Source: Chloroflexia bacterium
GTDB lineage: Bacteria > Chloroflexota > Chloroflexia > Chloroheliales > Chloroheliaceae
Reading direction: 5' to 3'
NCBI GenBank assembly: GCA_036261665.1
Contig: DATAKM010000133.1
Location: 255 to 64,254, forward strand
Length of the DNA stretch: 64,000 bases
The notes under the pieces are model-generated. The model saw nothing but the letters and a program-made list of their open reading frames with translations, had not been told where the DNA came from and ran no database searches. The position numbers and the translations under genes were made by a program. Shown here in pieces: positions 37,340 through 48,216 of the stretch (the first letter of the stretch is position 1; each line of letters starts with the position of its first letter).

Positions 37340-38365
37340 ATGTCCGAAGCAAGAGATGAATTTATGATTGCCCTTGAAATAGATAGCTCGCAACAGAGCG
37401 CCACTCGTATGGGCGAAGGGCAGCCTGTAGCGGAAAAAGCGCTGAATGAAAAAGCGCTGAAAAAGAAAGGGTTGAGCGGCATTAGCTGGCTGGTACTGGC
37501 TTCCCTGATCTGGGGAACGGTGGGAGTCTCTTCCGCCCTGATAAACCGGGTTGAATCTACTCCGCCGATGATGATCGCCTTTATGCGAATGGCTTTCTCC
37601 GCGCCCTTCCTGCTGTCCCTGACCTGGCTCACTACCGGGCGCAATCCCTTTCGCCTGAACCGCAGGGAGTGGTTCTACTACTCGGTGATGGGCCTGGCGA
37701 TGGCCTTTTATCAGGTGACTTACTTCTTCGCTATCCCGATGGCCGGGGTGACGCTGGTGGTAGTGACGGCCCTGTGCAGTTCGCCGATCCTGGTGGCCTT
37801 CCTCTCTATCCCGATTTTCAAAGAGCGCCTGACCGGGGGACTTCTGCTGGCGCTGGCGCTGGCCCTGAGTGGTACGGCCCTGCTGGCTTTCGGCGGCGGG
37901 CAGGGAGCGGAGATTAAATCGGGGGTTCTGCTGGGAGCGGGGTTAGCCTTGCTGACTGGCCTGGCCTACTCGGTCCTGGCGATCTTCTCTCGCATAGCCA
38001 TGCTGCACGGCACTAAAGGAGAGCAGCGCGGCCCGATCCAGCCGACAGCGGTAGCGTTCAGCCTCTCGGCGCTGGTTTTGCTGCCCGTGACGCTGGCGAC
38101 CGGCAGTTTCAGGCTGGAAATGGCGGCGGGCGTATGGCTAATCGGGCTCTATATGGGGATAATGCCGACAGGCGTGGCCTATATTATTTTTATGAAAGGT
38201 ATTACTTCGGCCAGCGCCACCGCCGCGACCATCACGACCATGCTGGAACCGGCGGTAGCGGCTATCCTGGCCTGGTTGCTGCTGGGCGAGCGCCTGACGC
38301 TGGCTTCGCTGTGCGGTACCCTTTTACTGCTGGGCAGCGTCTTGATTCTCAATAAGCGCAAGTAG
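37340..38365 (+). CDS. EamA/DMT family transporter
   Basis: LIWGT, two EamA repeats, ~10 TM segments, LEPAVAAILAWLLLGE; GAGGAG RBS. Confidence 0.92.
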   Translation: MSEARDEFMIALEIDSSQQSATRMGEGQPVAEKALNEKALKKKGLSGISWLVLASLIWGTVGVSSALINRVESTPPMMIAFMRMAFSAPFLLSLTWLTTGRNPFRLNRREWFYYSVMGLAMAFYQVTYFFAIPMAGVTLVVVTALCSSPILVAFLSIPIFKERLTGGLLLALALALSGTALLAFGGGQGAEIKSGVLLGAGLALLTGLAYSVLAIFSRIAMLHGTKGEQRGPIQPTAVAFSLSALVLLPVTLATGSFRLEMAAGVWLIGLYMGIMPTGVAYIIFMKGITSASATAATITTMLEPAVAAILAWLLLGERLTLASLCGTLLLLGSVLILNKRK

Positions 38366-38402
38366 CGGTAGATAGTACGGTTGCGGATTGGCTTTACATA
38401 AC

Positions 38403-38775
38403 GAGAGAGCCGGGCGTTATGGGTAAGAACGGGGCAAGCGTTCGAGCGCACGGCCCGGCCCGCAAGGGAGATGACATGGCTAAAAGCCGGGCATGAATGA
38501 TAATGCGAGGCATAAAGGGCAATAACCATAGCCATGTCATCCTGAACGCAGTGAAGGATCTCGGCCGCGAGGCAAGCGTTCCAACCAGGCAAGGAGATTC
38601 TTCGGGCCTCCGAACGGGGAAAAACAACATTGAGGGATAGCGGCGGCCCTCACACCCACAAGGGGCGTGACATGGCTTTGGAATGTGGCATAAGGCAAAG
38701 AGCGAGGCAGGCGTTCGCCCGTCCGGTCATACCAGCAGGCATAAAGCCAAATTTCCGGTTGGGTTTTCAGCCACT
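38403..38775. repeat. Composite palindromic repeat cluster 3 (full element A at 38535-38672 plus shared linkers)
   Basis: AGCCATGTCATCCTGAACGCAGTGAAGGATCTC...GAGATTCTTCG...GTGACATGGCT; the flank at 38672-38715 is a near reverse complement of 52640-52685. Confidence 0.88.
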
Positions 38776-38831
38776 CTGACCCTTATTGGGAAAGACTCTT
38801 TATACCAGGCGAAGGCCAGCCCAAAATTGTC

Positions 38832-40574
38832 ATGGGGGGCGCGAGCGGTTATAATGCGGGCGAATATACGGGCCGCGCAGCCCGCTTTGAAGCGATTGGA
38901 AGGAGTTGGAAGCTGTCGAGCTTGAATACGAGCACCCCTGAAGTTCCCGAAATCACACCGCCGGACCATACCCGCAAACCCCTGGCAGCCTCCGGGCCTT
39001 TTCCGCCGTTAGTCATGCCGCTGGTTTTCCTGGCCGGGCTGGTGGCGCTGGCTTTTCCCCTGCTGGCACGGCTGGGCTTTTTCGGCCAGAGCGTCGGGCA
39101 GCGCCTGAGTTATCCCTATTTTCAGGGGGGCTCAGAGGGCTTGATTCTTAGCGAGGCCGCCATTATTCACGCGGGCGGCTCGATTTATGTACCCTTCCGG
39201 GCCGACCAGTTTATTTCCGCTCCCTATCCGCCGCTCTACTATTACCTGCTGGCCTGGTTCTGGCCTGCCGGGGCCAACCCCAATCTTTTTCTACCGGGTC
39301 GAATAATTTCGCTGGCCTCGGCGCTGGCCTGCGCCCTCTTAATCGCGGCACTGGTGCTGCTGGGCGCACCCCGTCCCGCTCGTAAAGGCCGCTGGCTGCG
39401 ACCGGGGCAGGCCGTCATGGCAGGACTGGCCGGGCTTCTCTTCCTGACGCTCCCGGCGGTGACGGTCTGGGCGGCCCGGGTAAGAGCCGATATGTTGATG
39501 ACCGCCTGGCAGATGGCCGGGCTGGTGGTGGTGGCGCTGGCTGTTCGCCTGCGCAAACCCTGGGTGGCCCTGCTGGCGATTGTGCCTTTCGGGCTGGCCC
39601 TCTTTACCAAGCAAACGGCCCTGGCAGGTCCGGCGGCGGCGAGCCTCTACCTGGCCCTTCATTACGGCAGGCGCTGGAAAGTTTCGCTGCTGTGGTTGGG
39701 CGGGCTGGTGGTAGCGCTGGGCGGGGTCTTTCTGGGACTGAACCTTGCCACCGGGGGAGAATTGTACCGGCGGCTTTTCAAGTACCACAGCCTGCCCTGG
39801 CAGCGCGAAAACTTCGATACCTACTTTACCCTTTTCTACCAGGAGAACTTTGGCCTCTTGCTGCTGGGAGTGGGGCTCTTCTTGCTGGCCCTGGCCGGGG
39901 TCTTTGCAGCCTTGCGGGGCGAGGGGACAGGGCGCAGACTGGATAAATGGCTGCAAGCCGGGCAGGCCGTGCCGCTGGAACTGTGGTATCTGCTCGGTTC
40001 GCTGGTCCTGTTGCTGGGACTGGGCGTGGCCGGGGCGGATCACAACCACTTCTTACCGGCGGAGGCTGCCACCTGCGCTGCTGCCGGGGCTTCAGGGGTG
40101 CGCCTGCTGGCCTTGAGGCGGACCTGGTTGGCCTTGCTTGCGCTGGCAGGGTTGTGGGTCCAGGCCGCTTTCTTCTCAGTCCCGGCCTCGCGCTATGAGA
40201 TCGAGTTCCGCACCCGGGACGCCGACTACCAGCGCCAGTTGAGCCGGATTATCGCCTATGCTGCCAGCAAGCCCGGCCCGATTCTTAGCAGCGAGGCCGG
40301 TTTCTACGTGCTGGCGGGCAAGGCTACCCCCACGGTGAATTATTACAATGACCTCTTTACCCTGGCAGCCCTGGACAAACAGGGGCTTTACAGCGAGGCC
40401 GGGCTGCTCGACCGCATTCGCCACAAGGAATTCAGCCTGATCCTGGCGGAAGGCGACCTTTTCAGTGGACAGGTGCGCTCGGACGTCTGGACGCCTGAAC
40501 TGGTAGCGGCCCTCAAGGAGAATTACACCCGCAAATTTACCGATATCTGGAACAGTTACGAGCCGAAGCCCTGA
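38832..40574 (+). CDS. Multi-pass membrane glycosyltransferase (GT-C, ArnT/PMT-like); start uncertain (TTG 38922 or ATG 39015 possible)
   Basis: YFQGGSEG, YPPLYY, GRIISL, RVRAD, FTKQ, NHFLP motifs and ~12 TM segments. Confidence 0.75.
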   Translation: MGGASGYNAGEYTGRAARFEAIGRSWKLSSLNTSTPEVPEITPPDHTRKPLAASGPFPPLVMPLVFLAGLVALAFPLLARLGFFGQSVGQRLSYPYFQGGSEGLILSEAAIIHAGGSIYVPFRADQFISAPYPPLYYYLLAWFWPAGANPNLFLPGRIISLASALACALLIAALVLLGAPRPARKGRWLRPGQAVMAGLAGLLFLTLPAVTVWAARVRADMLMTAWQMAGLVVVALAVRLRKPWVALLAIVPFGLALFTKQTALAGPAAASLYLALHYGRRWKVSLLWLGGLVVALGGVFLGLNLATGGELYRRLFKYHSLPWQRENFDTYFTLFYQENFGLLLLGVGLFLLALAGVFAALRGEGTGRRLDKWLQAGQAVPLELWYLLGSLVLLLGLGVAGADHNHFLPAEAATCAAAGASGVRLLALRRTWLALLALAGLWVQAAFFSVPASRYEIEFRTRDADYQRQLSRIIAYAASKPGPILSSEAGFYVLAGKATPTVNYYNDLFTLAALDKQGLYSEAGLLDRIRHKEFSLILAEGDLFSGQVRSDVWTPELVAALKENYTRKFTDIWNSYEPKP

Positions 40575-40604
40575 CCGTGGCGGCTTTAAGGGGCGCGCCG
40601 GGCC

Positions 40605-43600
40605 TCAGTATTCGATTGAACCGTGCAGGGTAGCGAACTCCAAAAACCCCTGGCGCAACGCTGGGTCGTTAATCCGCTCTGCTAAAGTATTGATAACAGC
40701 GCGGCCCTGGTCAGAGGCATTGCGCGAAGCTTCCTGCTGACCACCGGCGGCGTACAGTCCGGCAAGCGCGTTTTGCAGCGGCCAGATTTCGCCCGGCAGC
40801 TTCAGTTCAAGCGCCAGGCGCAGCGCTTCTTCCAGGTAGCTTAGCGCCTGCCCGGTTGCGGACTGGTGCAAACTGAGCGCTGCCATGCCGCGCAAATAGG
40901 GGATACGATGACGGCGGTTCTGCCCGATACTTTCCTCAAAGCGCTGGAGATCAATTTGAGCCTCATGCACCAGCCCGGCACGCAGCAGCGCTTCGGTTTC
41001 CAGCCAGCGGGTATAGCCGCCATTGTAAAAGAAAGAATAATCGCGCAGGTTAAGAGCCTGCTGAGCGTAGCGGCCTGCCTCGGTCCAGTCCCCGCTCAAA
41101 GCGTAATCGGCGCATAAAGCCGAGGCGCACAGTTCGCTGAAGGGCCGCAACCGGTACTCTTCGCAAACCTTCAGGCCTTCCAGGTGGCTGGCTATGGCGG
41201 CTTCCAAAAGGCCCAGGGCCCGCTGGGCATTCCCCAGCATAATCAGTCCGCCCGCCAGGATCGAAGCCTGCTGCTCTCCGACCAGGGCCACCACCTCGCG
41301 GGCGGCTTTGAGCGCTTCCTCATAGTCGCCCCCATCCGTAAGCCCGGCGGAGAGAATAAAGAGGGCGAAAGCCTGCCCCCAGCGGTTCTCGATCTCGCGA
41401 GCCAGCCCTGTCGCTTTTCGAGCACTGGTTATAGCTTCCCCGGCGCGTCCCTGGTTGAGTTGCGCCACAGCCACGATACCCAGCGAGTCGGCTTGCAGCG
41501 CGAGATTTCCCAGCCGGGCGTAGAGCGCCTCAGCTTCAGCCGCAAAACTTTCGCATTCCTGCCAGTGTCCAAAAGTCATAGTAATGTAGCCCAGGACATT
41601 CAGGCTGCGCCCCACTATTTCGGGAGCGTTTACCTGCCGGGCTAATTCCAGGGCGCGCCTGCCGTGTTCGAGGGCCGGGGCATATTTTGAGCTGTAGAAA
41701 TTTAGCTGGGCCAGGTTCCATTCCGTTTCGGCCAGGATAACGCGGTCCTCACTCTCTTCGGCCATTTTGACGGCCTGGGTGAGCAAGCTGGCGGCTTCGT
41801 CAAATTTCATCCCGTACTGGGCATGGTAAGTTGCCAGGCGATTGAGCGCCAGGCTTTGCAGATTGGGCTGGCGGTGCTCACGGGCGTGACTCAGCAATTC
41901 CTGATAGACCGCTTCAGCCGCCTCGGCATTGTGGACCAGTTCGTAACAGCGCCCCAGTTTATCGTATAGCTGCCGGTACTCCTCATTTTCAGGCGCGACC
42001 TGCTGGTTGTTGAGCAAAAGCCGGGCTAATTCATAATGCTTGATAGCGGCTTGCAGGGCAAAAAGGTGCAAGGCTTCTTCCCCGGCTGCCAGGCTGTAGC
42101 GAAAAGCGGCAGCGGGTAGCCCTCCGGCCTGCGCGTGGTAGGCCAGTTCGGCTGCCGGGACTGCCTGAGAAGCCTGCTGCTTGCTTTTAGCTTCCAGGGC
42201 GGCCAGGGCCCTGCGGTGAAAGATCCTGCGGCGAGCTTCCCCGGCCTCGCTGTAGACTACCGTGCGAAATTTTTCATGAGTAAAGTAATAGGCAGGCTCG
42301 CCGAAAGCGTAGCCCTGTTCGCTTTTCCCTTCGGCCAGCACCTGCCCGTTTATCACCTGGTCTAAAGCTTCCAGCCCGGCAGATTCGGAGAGATCCGCCA
42401 CCTGGCAAATGCGCTCGAAGGTGGCGCTGCGGTCGAGCACTGCCGCTGCGATCAGGAAATTAGATGCGGCAGAATCAAGCCGAGACAGGCGCGCCATGAC
42501 CAGTTCGCGTACTCCCGCCGGCAGAAGACCGCTTAAAAGGGCAGGCTCAAGCGGAACTCCCGGCGCGGCAGTTTCAAAGTCCAAATGCCCGCGCTTATCT
42601 TTTAAGAGACCCTGCTCCAGCAAAGTCTTTACCGTCTCAAGCAGGAAGAAGGGCTGGCCCTGCGTTTCGCTAAAGAGCCAGCGGGCAAAGGCCGGCAGGC
42701 CGGTCGGGGAATTTGAAGCAGCCTCTTGAGCGCTACCACTTGAATCGCTCTCGAACAGGCTTTGAAGCAGGTGAGTGGTATCTTCGAGGGTAATCGTTTT
42801 CAAAGCCAGGCGGGTTAGCGTTAGCTCGCGGCTGAGACCGGAGAGCCAGGCGGCCAGGGCCGGGCTCGATGCCAGGCTGTCGCTGCGAATCGTAAGCAGC
42901 ACCAGCAGGGGCAGTTTTAGTTCGACCCAGCGCCGGAGCAGGTAGCGCAACAAATCCTGTGAAGCGTTATCGGCCCACTGAAAATCGTCCAGGAAGAGCA
43001 CCACCGTCCTCTGTTTGCGGCCCGCTTGCCGGGTAAAAGCCTGGACCAGCCGGGCTACCGACTCAAATAAGCGGGAACGCGCTTCGGTTTCATTCAGGGT
43101 TAGCGGCATGGGCATGTCAGGGTAACGCTCGCGCAACTCGGGTAGTATCCGGCTCAACTCCGCCAGCCAGACATCGCCAAGCAGGTCATCGGGGGCATTC
43201 TCCTGCTCAAGGCGCGGGCGCAGGGCCTCGACCAGTGGCTGGTAGGGTAGTTCGCCGCCCGTTTCAAAGGCCCGGCCTGCCAGGGTATCGGCCCCCTGGG
43301 TGATGGCCCAGCGCATAAATTCCATTACCAGCCGGGTTTTGCCGATGCCCGACTCACCTTCTATGGTCACAATTTTAACCTGGCCCTGGCTGGCCGCGCG
43401 AAAAGCCTCTGCCAGTTGGCGGTGCTCTTTCTCCCTGCCGACCATCGGGGGCCGCAGGTCAGCGGTAGGAGCAGGCGCGGGCAGGGGCTGCGCAGGCGCA
43501 GAAGTTACAGCCTTGCGAATCCGTTCCGCCAGGGCGGTGGTCTCGGGGAGGGGTGGCGTGTTGAGCTGAGCAGCCAGGACGCTGCGGCAGGTTTCGTAGA

Positions 43601-44273
43601 CTTGCAGGGCGGCGGTTCTATCACCGGCGGCAAAATGGAACTGCATCAAGCGGCGGTAGGCGCTCTCATTGGTGGGATTAAGAGCCAGCCAGCGGGTAAC
43701 AGTCTCAAAAGCCTGGCTGCTGGCTCCTTCAGCGCTGTATAAATCGGAGAGGCGGTCGAGGGCCTGTTCCAGCCAGGTCTGGCAAACCTGGCGCTGCGCT
43801 CTTAACCAGTCTTCAAAGTCAGGCGCGTCTTCCAGGCTAAGCCCGCTCAAAAACTCCCCCCGGTATAGCGCGACCGCCGTTTCCAACCGGCGGCGAAGTT
43901 CGCTAGCCTGTTGTTGTGGCTGGCCGGCGGCCTCAGCAGCTAGTTGCAAAAGCTTTAGGTCCAGTTCGCAATCAGCGCACAAACGGAAACCGAGGTAGTT
44001 TGGATTAACCAGCAAATGCTCCGGTTCGGCCTCTACTCCGGCCTCGTGCAAGGCCTGCCGCAAGTAGCGCAGGGTATTGCGAAGTAAAGCCCGGCCCTGC
44101 TCGGGCGAATTATCAGGCCAGAAGAGCGCCGCCAGGGCTTCGCGCGGCTGGATATTGCCTTCCACTATAAGATAAGCCAGGAGAGCCAGGGTTTTACGGG
44201 TAGCAAATTTTATGCTCTGCCCGTTATATTCGACAGAGGGTATTCCAAGAAAGTGGAATACGAGGTTTGTCAT
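40605..44273 (-). CDS. SARP/BTAD-AAA-TPR transcriptional regulator (AfsR-like)
   Basis: N-terminal FLGIP..RKTLALLAYL..REALAALFWPD, BTAD (YRGEFL..FEDW..ESAYRRLM), Walker A GESGIGKT, Walker B FLDDFQW, TPRs. Confidence 0.92.
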   Translation of the reverse strand: MTNLVFHFLGIPSVEYNGQSIKFATRKTLALLAYLIVEGNIQPREALAALFWPDNSPEQGRALLRNTLRYLRQALHEAGVEAEPEHLLVNPNYLGFRLCADCELDLKLLQLAAEAAGQPQQQASELRRRLETAVALYRGEFLSGLSLEDAPDFEDWLRAQRQVCQTWLEQALDRLSDLYSAEGASSQAFETVTRWLALNPTNESAYRRLMQFHFAAGDRTAALQVYETCRSVLAAQLNTPPLPETTALAERIRKAVTSAPAQPLPAPAPTADLRPPMVGREKEHRQLAEAFRAASQGQVKIVTIEGESGIGKTRLVMEFMRWAITQGADTLAGRAFETGGELPYQPLVEALRPRLEQENAPDDLLGDVWLAELSRILPELRERYPDMPMPLTLNETEARSRLFESVARLVQAFTRQAGRKQRTVVLFLDDFQWADNASQDLLRYLLRRWVELKLPLLVLLTIRSDSLASSPALAAWLSGLSRELTLTRLALKTITLEDTTHLLQSLFESDSSGSAQEAASNSPTGLPAFARWLFSETQGQPFFLLETVKTLLEQGLLKDKRGHLDFETAAPGVPLEPALLSGLLPAGVRELVMARLSRLDSAASNFLIAAAVLDRSATFERICQVADLSESAGLEALDQVINGQVLAEGKSEQGYAFGEPAYYFTHEKFRTVVYSEAGEARRRIFHRRALAALEAKSKQQASQAVPAAELAYHAQAGGLPAAAFRYSLAAGEEALHLFALQAAIKHYELARLLLNNQQVAPENEEYRQLYDKLGRCYELVHNAEAAEAVYQELLSHAREHRQPNLQSLALNRLATYHAQYGMKFDEAASLLTQAVKMAEESEDRVILAETEWNLAQLNFYSSKYAPALEHGRRALELARQVNAPEIVGRSLNVLGYITMTFGHWQECESFAAEAEALYARLGNLALQADSLGIVAVAQLNQGRAGEAITSARKATGLAREIENRWGQAFALFILSAGLTDGGDYEEALKAAREVVALVGEQQASILAGGLIMLGNAQRALGLLEAAIASHLEGLKVCEEYRLRPFSELCASALCADYALSGDWTEAGRYAQQALNLRDYSFFYNGGYTRWLETEALLRAGLVHEAQIDLQRFEESIGQNRRHRIPYLRGMAALSLHQSATGQALSYLEEALRLALELKLPGEIWPLQNALAGLYAAGGQQEASRNASDQGRAVINTLAERINDPALRQGFLEFATLHGSIEY

Positions 44274-44432
44274 ATAGGCCTTATTGAAAGGGATAATTAC
44301 AGGTAATTGTTAAGCCCGGTTTATACAGGAATAGCGCTTTAATTATAGCGGATGGAGCCAAAAGTAGCCAGTTCAGCTTGCTAGCGGTAAGCGGGAAAGG
44401 GAGAAATAGGGGTCCTGCCAGCTTTTCGGCTG

Positions 44433-44469
44433 TAATGGGTATCCGAGCGGAGGAGCCGGATACCCATTA
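44433..44469 (-). terminator. Stem-loop at the end of the sugar-acid operon
   Basis: TAATGGGTATCCG...CGGATACCCATTA 13-bp stem, 13 nt past the enolase-family stop. Confidence 0.6.
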
Positions 44470-44482
44470 TATATACATTTAA

Positions 44483-45697
44483 TTAGTGAGCCGCCCAGCG
44501 TTCGTTCGGAATGAGGGGGAACCAGTCGGGCCGCACCGGGTCGCGGTCGTAAGGGTAGCCGCCCAGTTTCTTGTACAACTCGGCGTATTCCGCTACTTTG
44601 TCCCGGTCTACCGTGATGCCCAGCCCTGGCTCGTCCGGCACTTTAATGGCCCCGTTTTCATAGACCATTTTCCCGCCAACCAGGATATCATCTTTCAGGT
44701 GATGGTAGTGAGCGTCACCGGCAAAAGCTAAACCGGGCACTACCGCCCCCAGGTGGAGCATGGTAGCCAGTTGGATACCCAGTTCACCGGAGGAATGGAC
44801 CGACATGCCAAGCTGGAAAGTCTCGCAGACCGCCGCAGCCTTGATGCAGGCCCGGATGCCGCCCCAGAAAGTAGTATCGAGCAGTATCACATCTATAGAC
44901 GGGTTCAGGATGTTGGTAGCCAGTTGTTCAAAATTAACTACCACAGTGTTGGTAGCGGTGGGGATACGCACCATCTCGCGCATCCGGCGCATACCGTTCA
45001 GGCCCCAGGTAGGATCTTCAAAGTAGTCGTTGTTCAGGTCTTCGATGGCTTTACCAAACTTGATAGCTTCTTCCACGCTCAAAGCGGCGTTCGGGTCGTA
45101 GCGCAGGCTATCCTGCGGAAAGGCGTCCGCCAGGGCCCGGTAACATTCCAGCTCATAGCCGGGCTCAAAAACGCCGCCTTTGAGCTTGTGAGTGGTAAAG
45201 CCGTACTTCTCTTTGAGTTCCCGGCAGTGGGCGACCAGTTGCTCTACAGTGCGAACCTCGCCCTGACCGCTCCGGTCATCGGGCAGGCGGAAGAAGAGGT
45301 AACTGGCGAACCTGACGGCATCCCGTACTTTACCGCCCAGCAGGTTATAGACCGGCTGGTTCAGTTTTTTGCCAATGATGTCGAGACAGGCGAACTCGAT
45401 GGCCGCCAGTAGCTGCGTGCGATTGTTGTACAGGCTGGCAGTCGGGTTAGCGATTTTAAAGCGCAGTTCTTCCAGGCGGAAGGGGTCGTGGCCGAGCAGG
45501 TAGCTCTTTAGCCCGGCGAAGGCCAGTTCTGCGCTCTCGCCGCCGCCGCCCATTTCACCGAAGCCGCTGATACCTTCATCCGTCTCGACTTCCACCACTG
45601 TCCGTACAAAGCGGCCCCAGTGAGCGCCATTAGAGTGCCTGAGCGGCGCTTCGAGCGGAACAGTGACGGTAGTAGCCTTAATATTCGTTATGCGCAT
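44483..45697 (-). CDS. Enolase-superfamily sugar-acid dehydratase (glucarate dehydratase-like)
   Basis: KLKGG (KxK), DPN, EDP, ATN metal ligands, SVHS catalytic His, PGLG. Confidence 0.85.
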   Translation of the reverse strand: MRITNIKATTVTVPLEAPLRHSNGAHWGRFVRTVVEVETDEGISGFGEMGGGGESAELAFAGLKSYLLGHDPFRLEELRFKIANPTASLYNNRTQLLAAIEFACLDIIGKKLNQPVYNLLGGKVRDAVRFASYLFFRLPDDRSGQGEVRTVEQLVAHCRELKEKYGFTTHKLKGGVFEPGYELECYRALADAFPQDSLRYDPNAALSVEEAIKFGKAIEDLNNDYFEDPTWGLNGMRRMREMVRIPTATNTVVVNFEQLATNILNPSIDVILLDTTFWGGIRACIKAAAVCETFQLGMSVHSSGELGIQLATMLHLGAVVPGLAFAGDAHYHHLKDDILVGGKMVYENGAIKVPDEPGLGITVDRDKVAEYAELYKKLGGYPYDRDPVRPDWFPLIPNERWAAH

Positions 45698-45764
45698 TGA
45701 TAATGTCCTAATCTAGCCTGATTTCCGGTCCAATCCATCCATTCCAGGAGATTTTTGTTGAGAT

Positions 45765-46385
45765 AGCCCCGAAATCTGGCTGTAAGCCCCTTCAGGGCGG
45801 TCGGCATGCGACCCCGCTTATTGCATCACGACGGTGCTGCCCATTCGACCGCGCGGGAATGAATCCCCGCACTAGTTCAACGAAGCCCCATGAATGGGGC
45901 TGATAGCATTCAGGCGCTGAACTGGTCGAATTGTATTAAGCGGGTTCAGCCGCTTTCGTTGAGCTAGCCCGGTCCATTTATGGCCGGGCGCTCTCACGCC
46001 TGCCCCGTTCTTACATACAACGCCCGGCTCAAACACATGTCATTCTGAGGGCCGACGCTACCACTCAATATTGCTTTTCCTCGTTCGGAGGCCCGAAGAA
46101 TCTCTTTGCCCCGTGGGTACGCTCGCCTTGCGGCCGAGATCCTTCACTGCGTTCAGGATGACATGCAAACGAACGGGGCGTGTGTGTCAAGAACCAGGCA
46201 GGCGAGCGACCGCGCGGGAATCAATCCCCGCGCTAGTTCAACCAACCCCCATGAATGGGGCTGAAAACACCTCAGTTTTTTGATGCTATCAAGCGGGTTC
46301 AGCCGCTTTCGTTGAGCTAGCCCGGTCCATTGGCTGAAAGCCCCCTTGCGGGCTTGGCCGGGCAGCCGCACGCCTGCCACCGCTA
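45765..46385. repeat. Composite palindromic repeat cluster 4 (B-A-B) inside the operon
   Basis: B at ~45847-46003, A at 46038-46163, B at ~46207-46380. Confidence 0.92.
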
Positions 46386-46426
46386 TATCAATAAAGCCCC
46401 CACCTGCCAAATATGGCCGGGCGGTT

Positions 46427-47308
46427 TTAGCGGGTTTTAATCCTGACTACAAACTGGGTCGGTTTGACGAAAGTCAGGGCGATGATCAGCAGGACCATCG
46501 TGGTGAGCATATAAACTACCGCCATCGCGCTGATAGCCTGGCTGGGCCGGATGCCCGCCGCGAAGGCGTCAGCGTAGAGCGCGACTACCAGGGTTTGCGA
46601 ACGCGAGTCGGCTACCAGGAAGGTCAGCTCAAACATGGCAATAGTGCGCACCACCGCCAGCATCCCGGCGCTCAAGAGGCCCGGAATCACCAGCGGAAGC
46701 ACCACCCGCATGAAGGTCTGGAAGCGGTTCGCGCCCAGCATTCTACTGGCCGATTCGAGCGAGAGATCAACCTGCTCGATAAAGGGAGCCAGAATCAGGA
46801 TGACAAAGGGCACTACCGGAACCAGGTTGATAATAATCACCCCGATGAGCGTACCACCCAGGCCCCAGCGGATTAAAAGAGTGGCCAGCGGAATACCGTA
46901 TGCCAGCGGAGGAATCATCATAGGCAGCAGGTAAAGGCCGGTCAGGACCGCTTTGAAGCGGAATTGTTTGCGGGCCAGCACGTAGGCCGCCGGGAAGCCA
47001 ATCAAGAGCGAGATGATCGTGGTGGCGAAGGCCACAAACAGGGTGTTGAACAACAACTGCCCCATATCGTGATCGTTGCTGATATATTCGTACCAGCGCG
47101 TGGTATACGCCGGTGGCAGCCATGTGCCGAACCAGCGCTGGGCGAAGGACTCGACCACTACCGTGCCTACCAGCCCGATCATATTCAGGATGAAAAAGCC
47201 AATCACCCCGTAAAAGAGCACTTTGCCCCAGATCCCGCCTTTGTTAAGGGCTTTAGGCTTGACACCGCTGGTTTCAAGCGGTTTTACACTCTGTACCTGT
47301 GAACTCAT
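46427..47308 (-). CDS. ABC transporter permease (PotC-like)
   Basis: LESASRMLGA EAA loop; six TM segments. Confidence 0.92.
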   Translation of the reverse strand: MSSQVQSVKPLETSGVKPKALNKGGIWGKVLFYGVIGFFILNMIGLVGTVVVESFAQRWFGTWLPPAYTTRWYEYISNDHDMGQLLFNTLFVAFATTIISLLIGFPAAYVLARKQFRFKAVLTGLYLLPMMIPPLAYGIPLATLLIRWGLGGTLIGVIIINLVPVVPFVILILAPFIEQVDLSLESASRMLGANRFQTFMRVVLPLVIPGLLSAGMLAVVRTIAMFELTFLVADSRSQTLVVALYADAFAAGIRPSQAISAMAVVYMLTTMVLLIIALTFVKPTQFVVRIKTR

Positions 47309-47311
47309 ATG

Positions 47312-48214
47312 CTAGGCCCCCTTTCCGCCGCCAAGCGTAGCGCCTTTGGCCATGCGATTGCGCAGGTAAAGCACCAGCGCTACTACCAGTAATTCCAGCA
47401 GACCCATAATCAGGGCAATCGCGGTGCCCATAGGCCGGTCGTTTTGTTCATAAGCGGCCTGGAAAGCGGCAATCGAGATTACCCGGGTCGAACCGCCCGG
47501 GTCGCCGACCAGGGTAGCGGAAGGGAAGACGCCAAAATTAGCCACAAAGTTGAGGCAAAAAGCAATCGCGACCCCCGGCAGGGAGAGGGGAAAGATGACG
47601 CGCCAGAAGGTCTGCCAGCGATTGGCTCCCAGCATCTGGCTGGCCCGTTCCAGGTCAGGGCTGATGCCGGACATATAACCCAGCACCATCAAAAAGACGA
47701 AGGGGAAGCCATTGATAAAAAGGGCCAGTTCTACGCCGAGCCAGTTGCGGGTAAGCCTTACCGGGTCTTGAATCAGCCCGGTGCCCATTAAAATCTGGTT
47801 GAACCAGCCTTTCGGTCCAAAGTAGCTTAAAAGAGCCTGCGCTACCATGACCGTACCGAGCGTAATCGGCAGGATCAGGATGGTGGTAATTAACCTTTCA
47901 AATTTAATCCCGCGCCGCATGAAATAGGCTAATGGTACGCTAACTCCTACGCTGAAGAGAGTCACAGGCAGCGCCACCTGGAAAGTGGTCCAGATGGTAT
48001 CCACCTGCCGGGAGTCCCCGAAGAACTTGGAATAGTTGTCTAAAGACCAGCTTCCCTCGCCGCGCGGGCCGCTCTTCAGGCTTAAATCGAGCCCGAAGAT
48101 GAAGGGGAAAACAAACAGGACCAGCACTGCCAGCAGGGCCGGGATTGAAAGCAGGATAGCGCTGATGTCCCTGCGGGAGCGCGGTGCGGCCGGGCTAATA
48201 GCTTTGACTGCCAT
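47312..48214 (-). CDS. ABC transporter permease (PotB-like)
   Basis: LERASQMLGA..FWRVIFPLSLPG. Confidence 0.92.
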   Translation of the reverse strand: MAVKAISPAAPRSRRDISAILLSIPALLAVLVLFVFPFIFGLDLSLKSGPRGEGSWSLDNYSKFFGDSRQVDTIWTTFQVALPVTLFSVGVSVPLAYFMRRGIKFERLITTILILPITLGTVMVAQALLSYFGPKGWFNQILMGTGLIQDPVRLTRNWLGVELALFINGFPFVFLMVLGYMSGISPDLERASQMLGANRWQTFWRVIFPLSLPGVAIAFCLNFVANFGVFPSATLVGDPGGSTRVISIAAFQAAYEQNDRPMGTAIALIMGLLELLVVALVLYLRNRMAKGATLGGGKGA

Positions 48215-48216
48215 CT

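Noticed and set aside
2169-44273. The two STAND ATPases (2169-5177 and 40605-44273) as Avs antiphage proteins
   Set aside because: They carry LuxR or SARP/BTAD DNA-binding domains and no nuclease, TIR or SIR2 effector.
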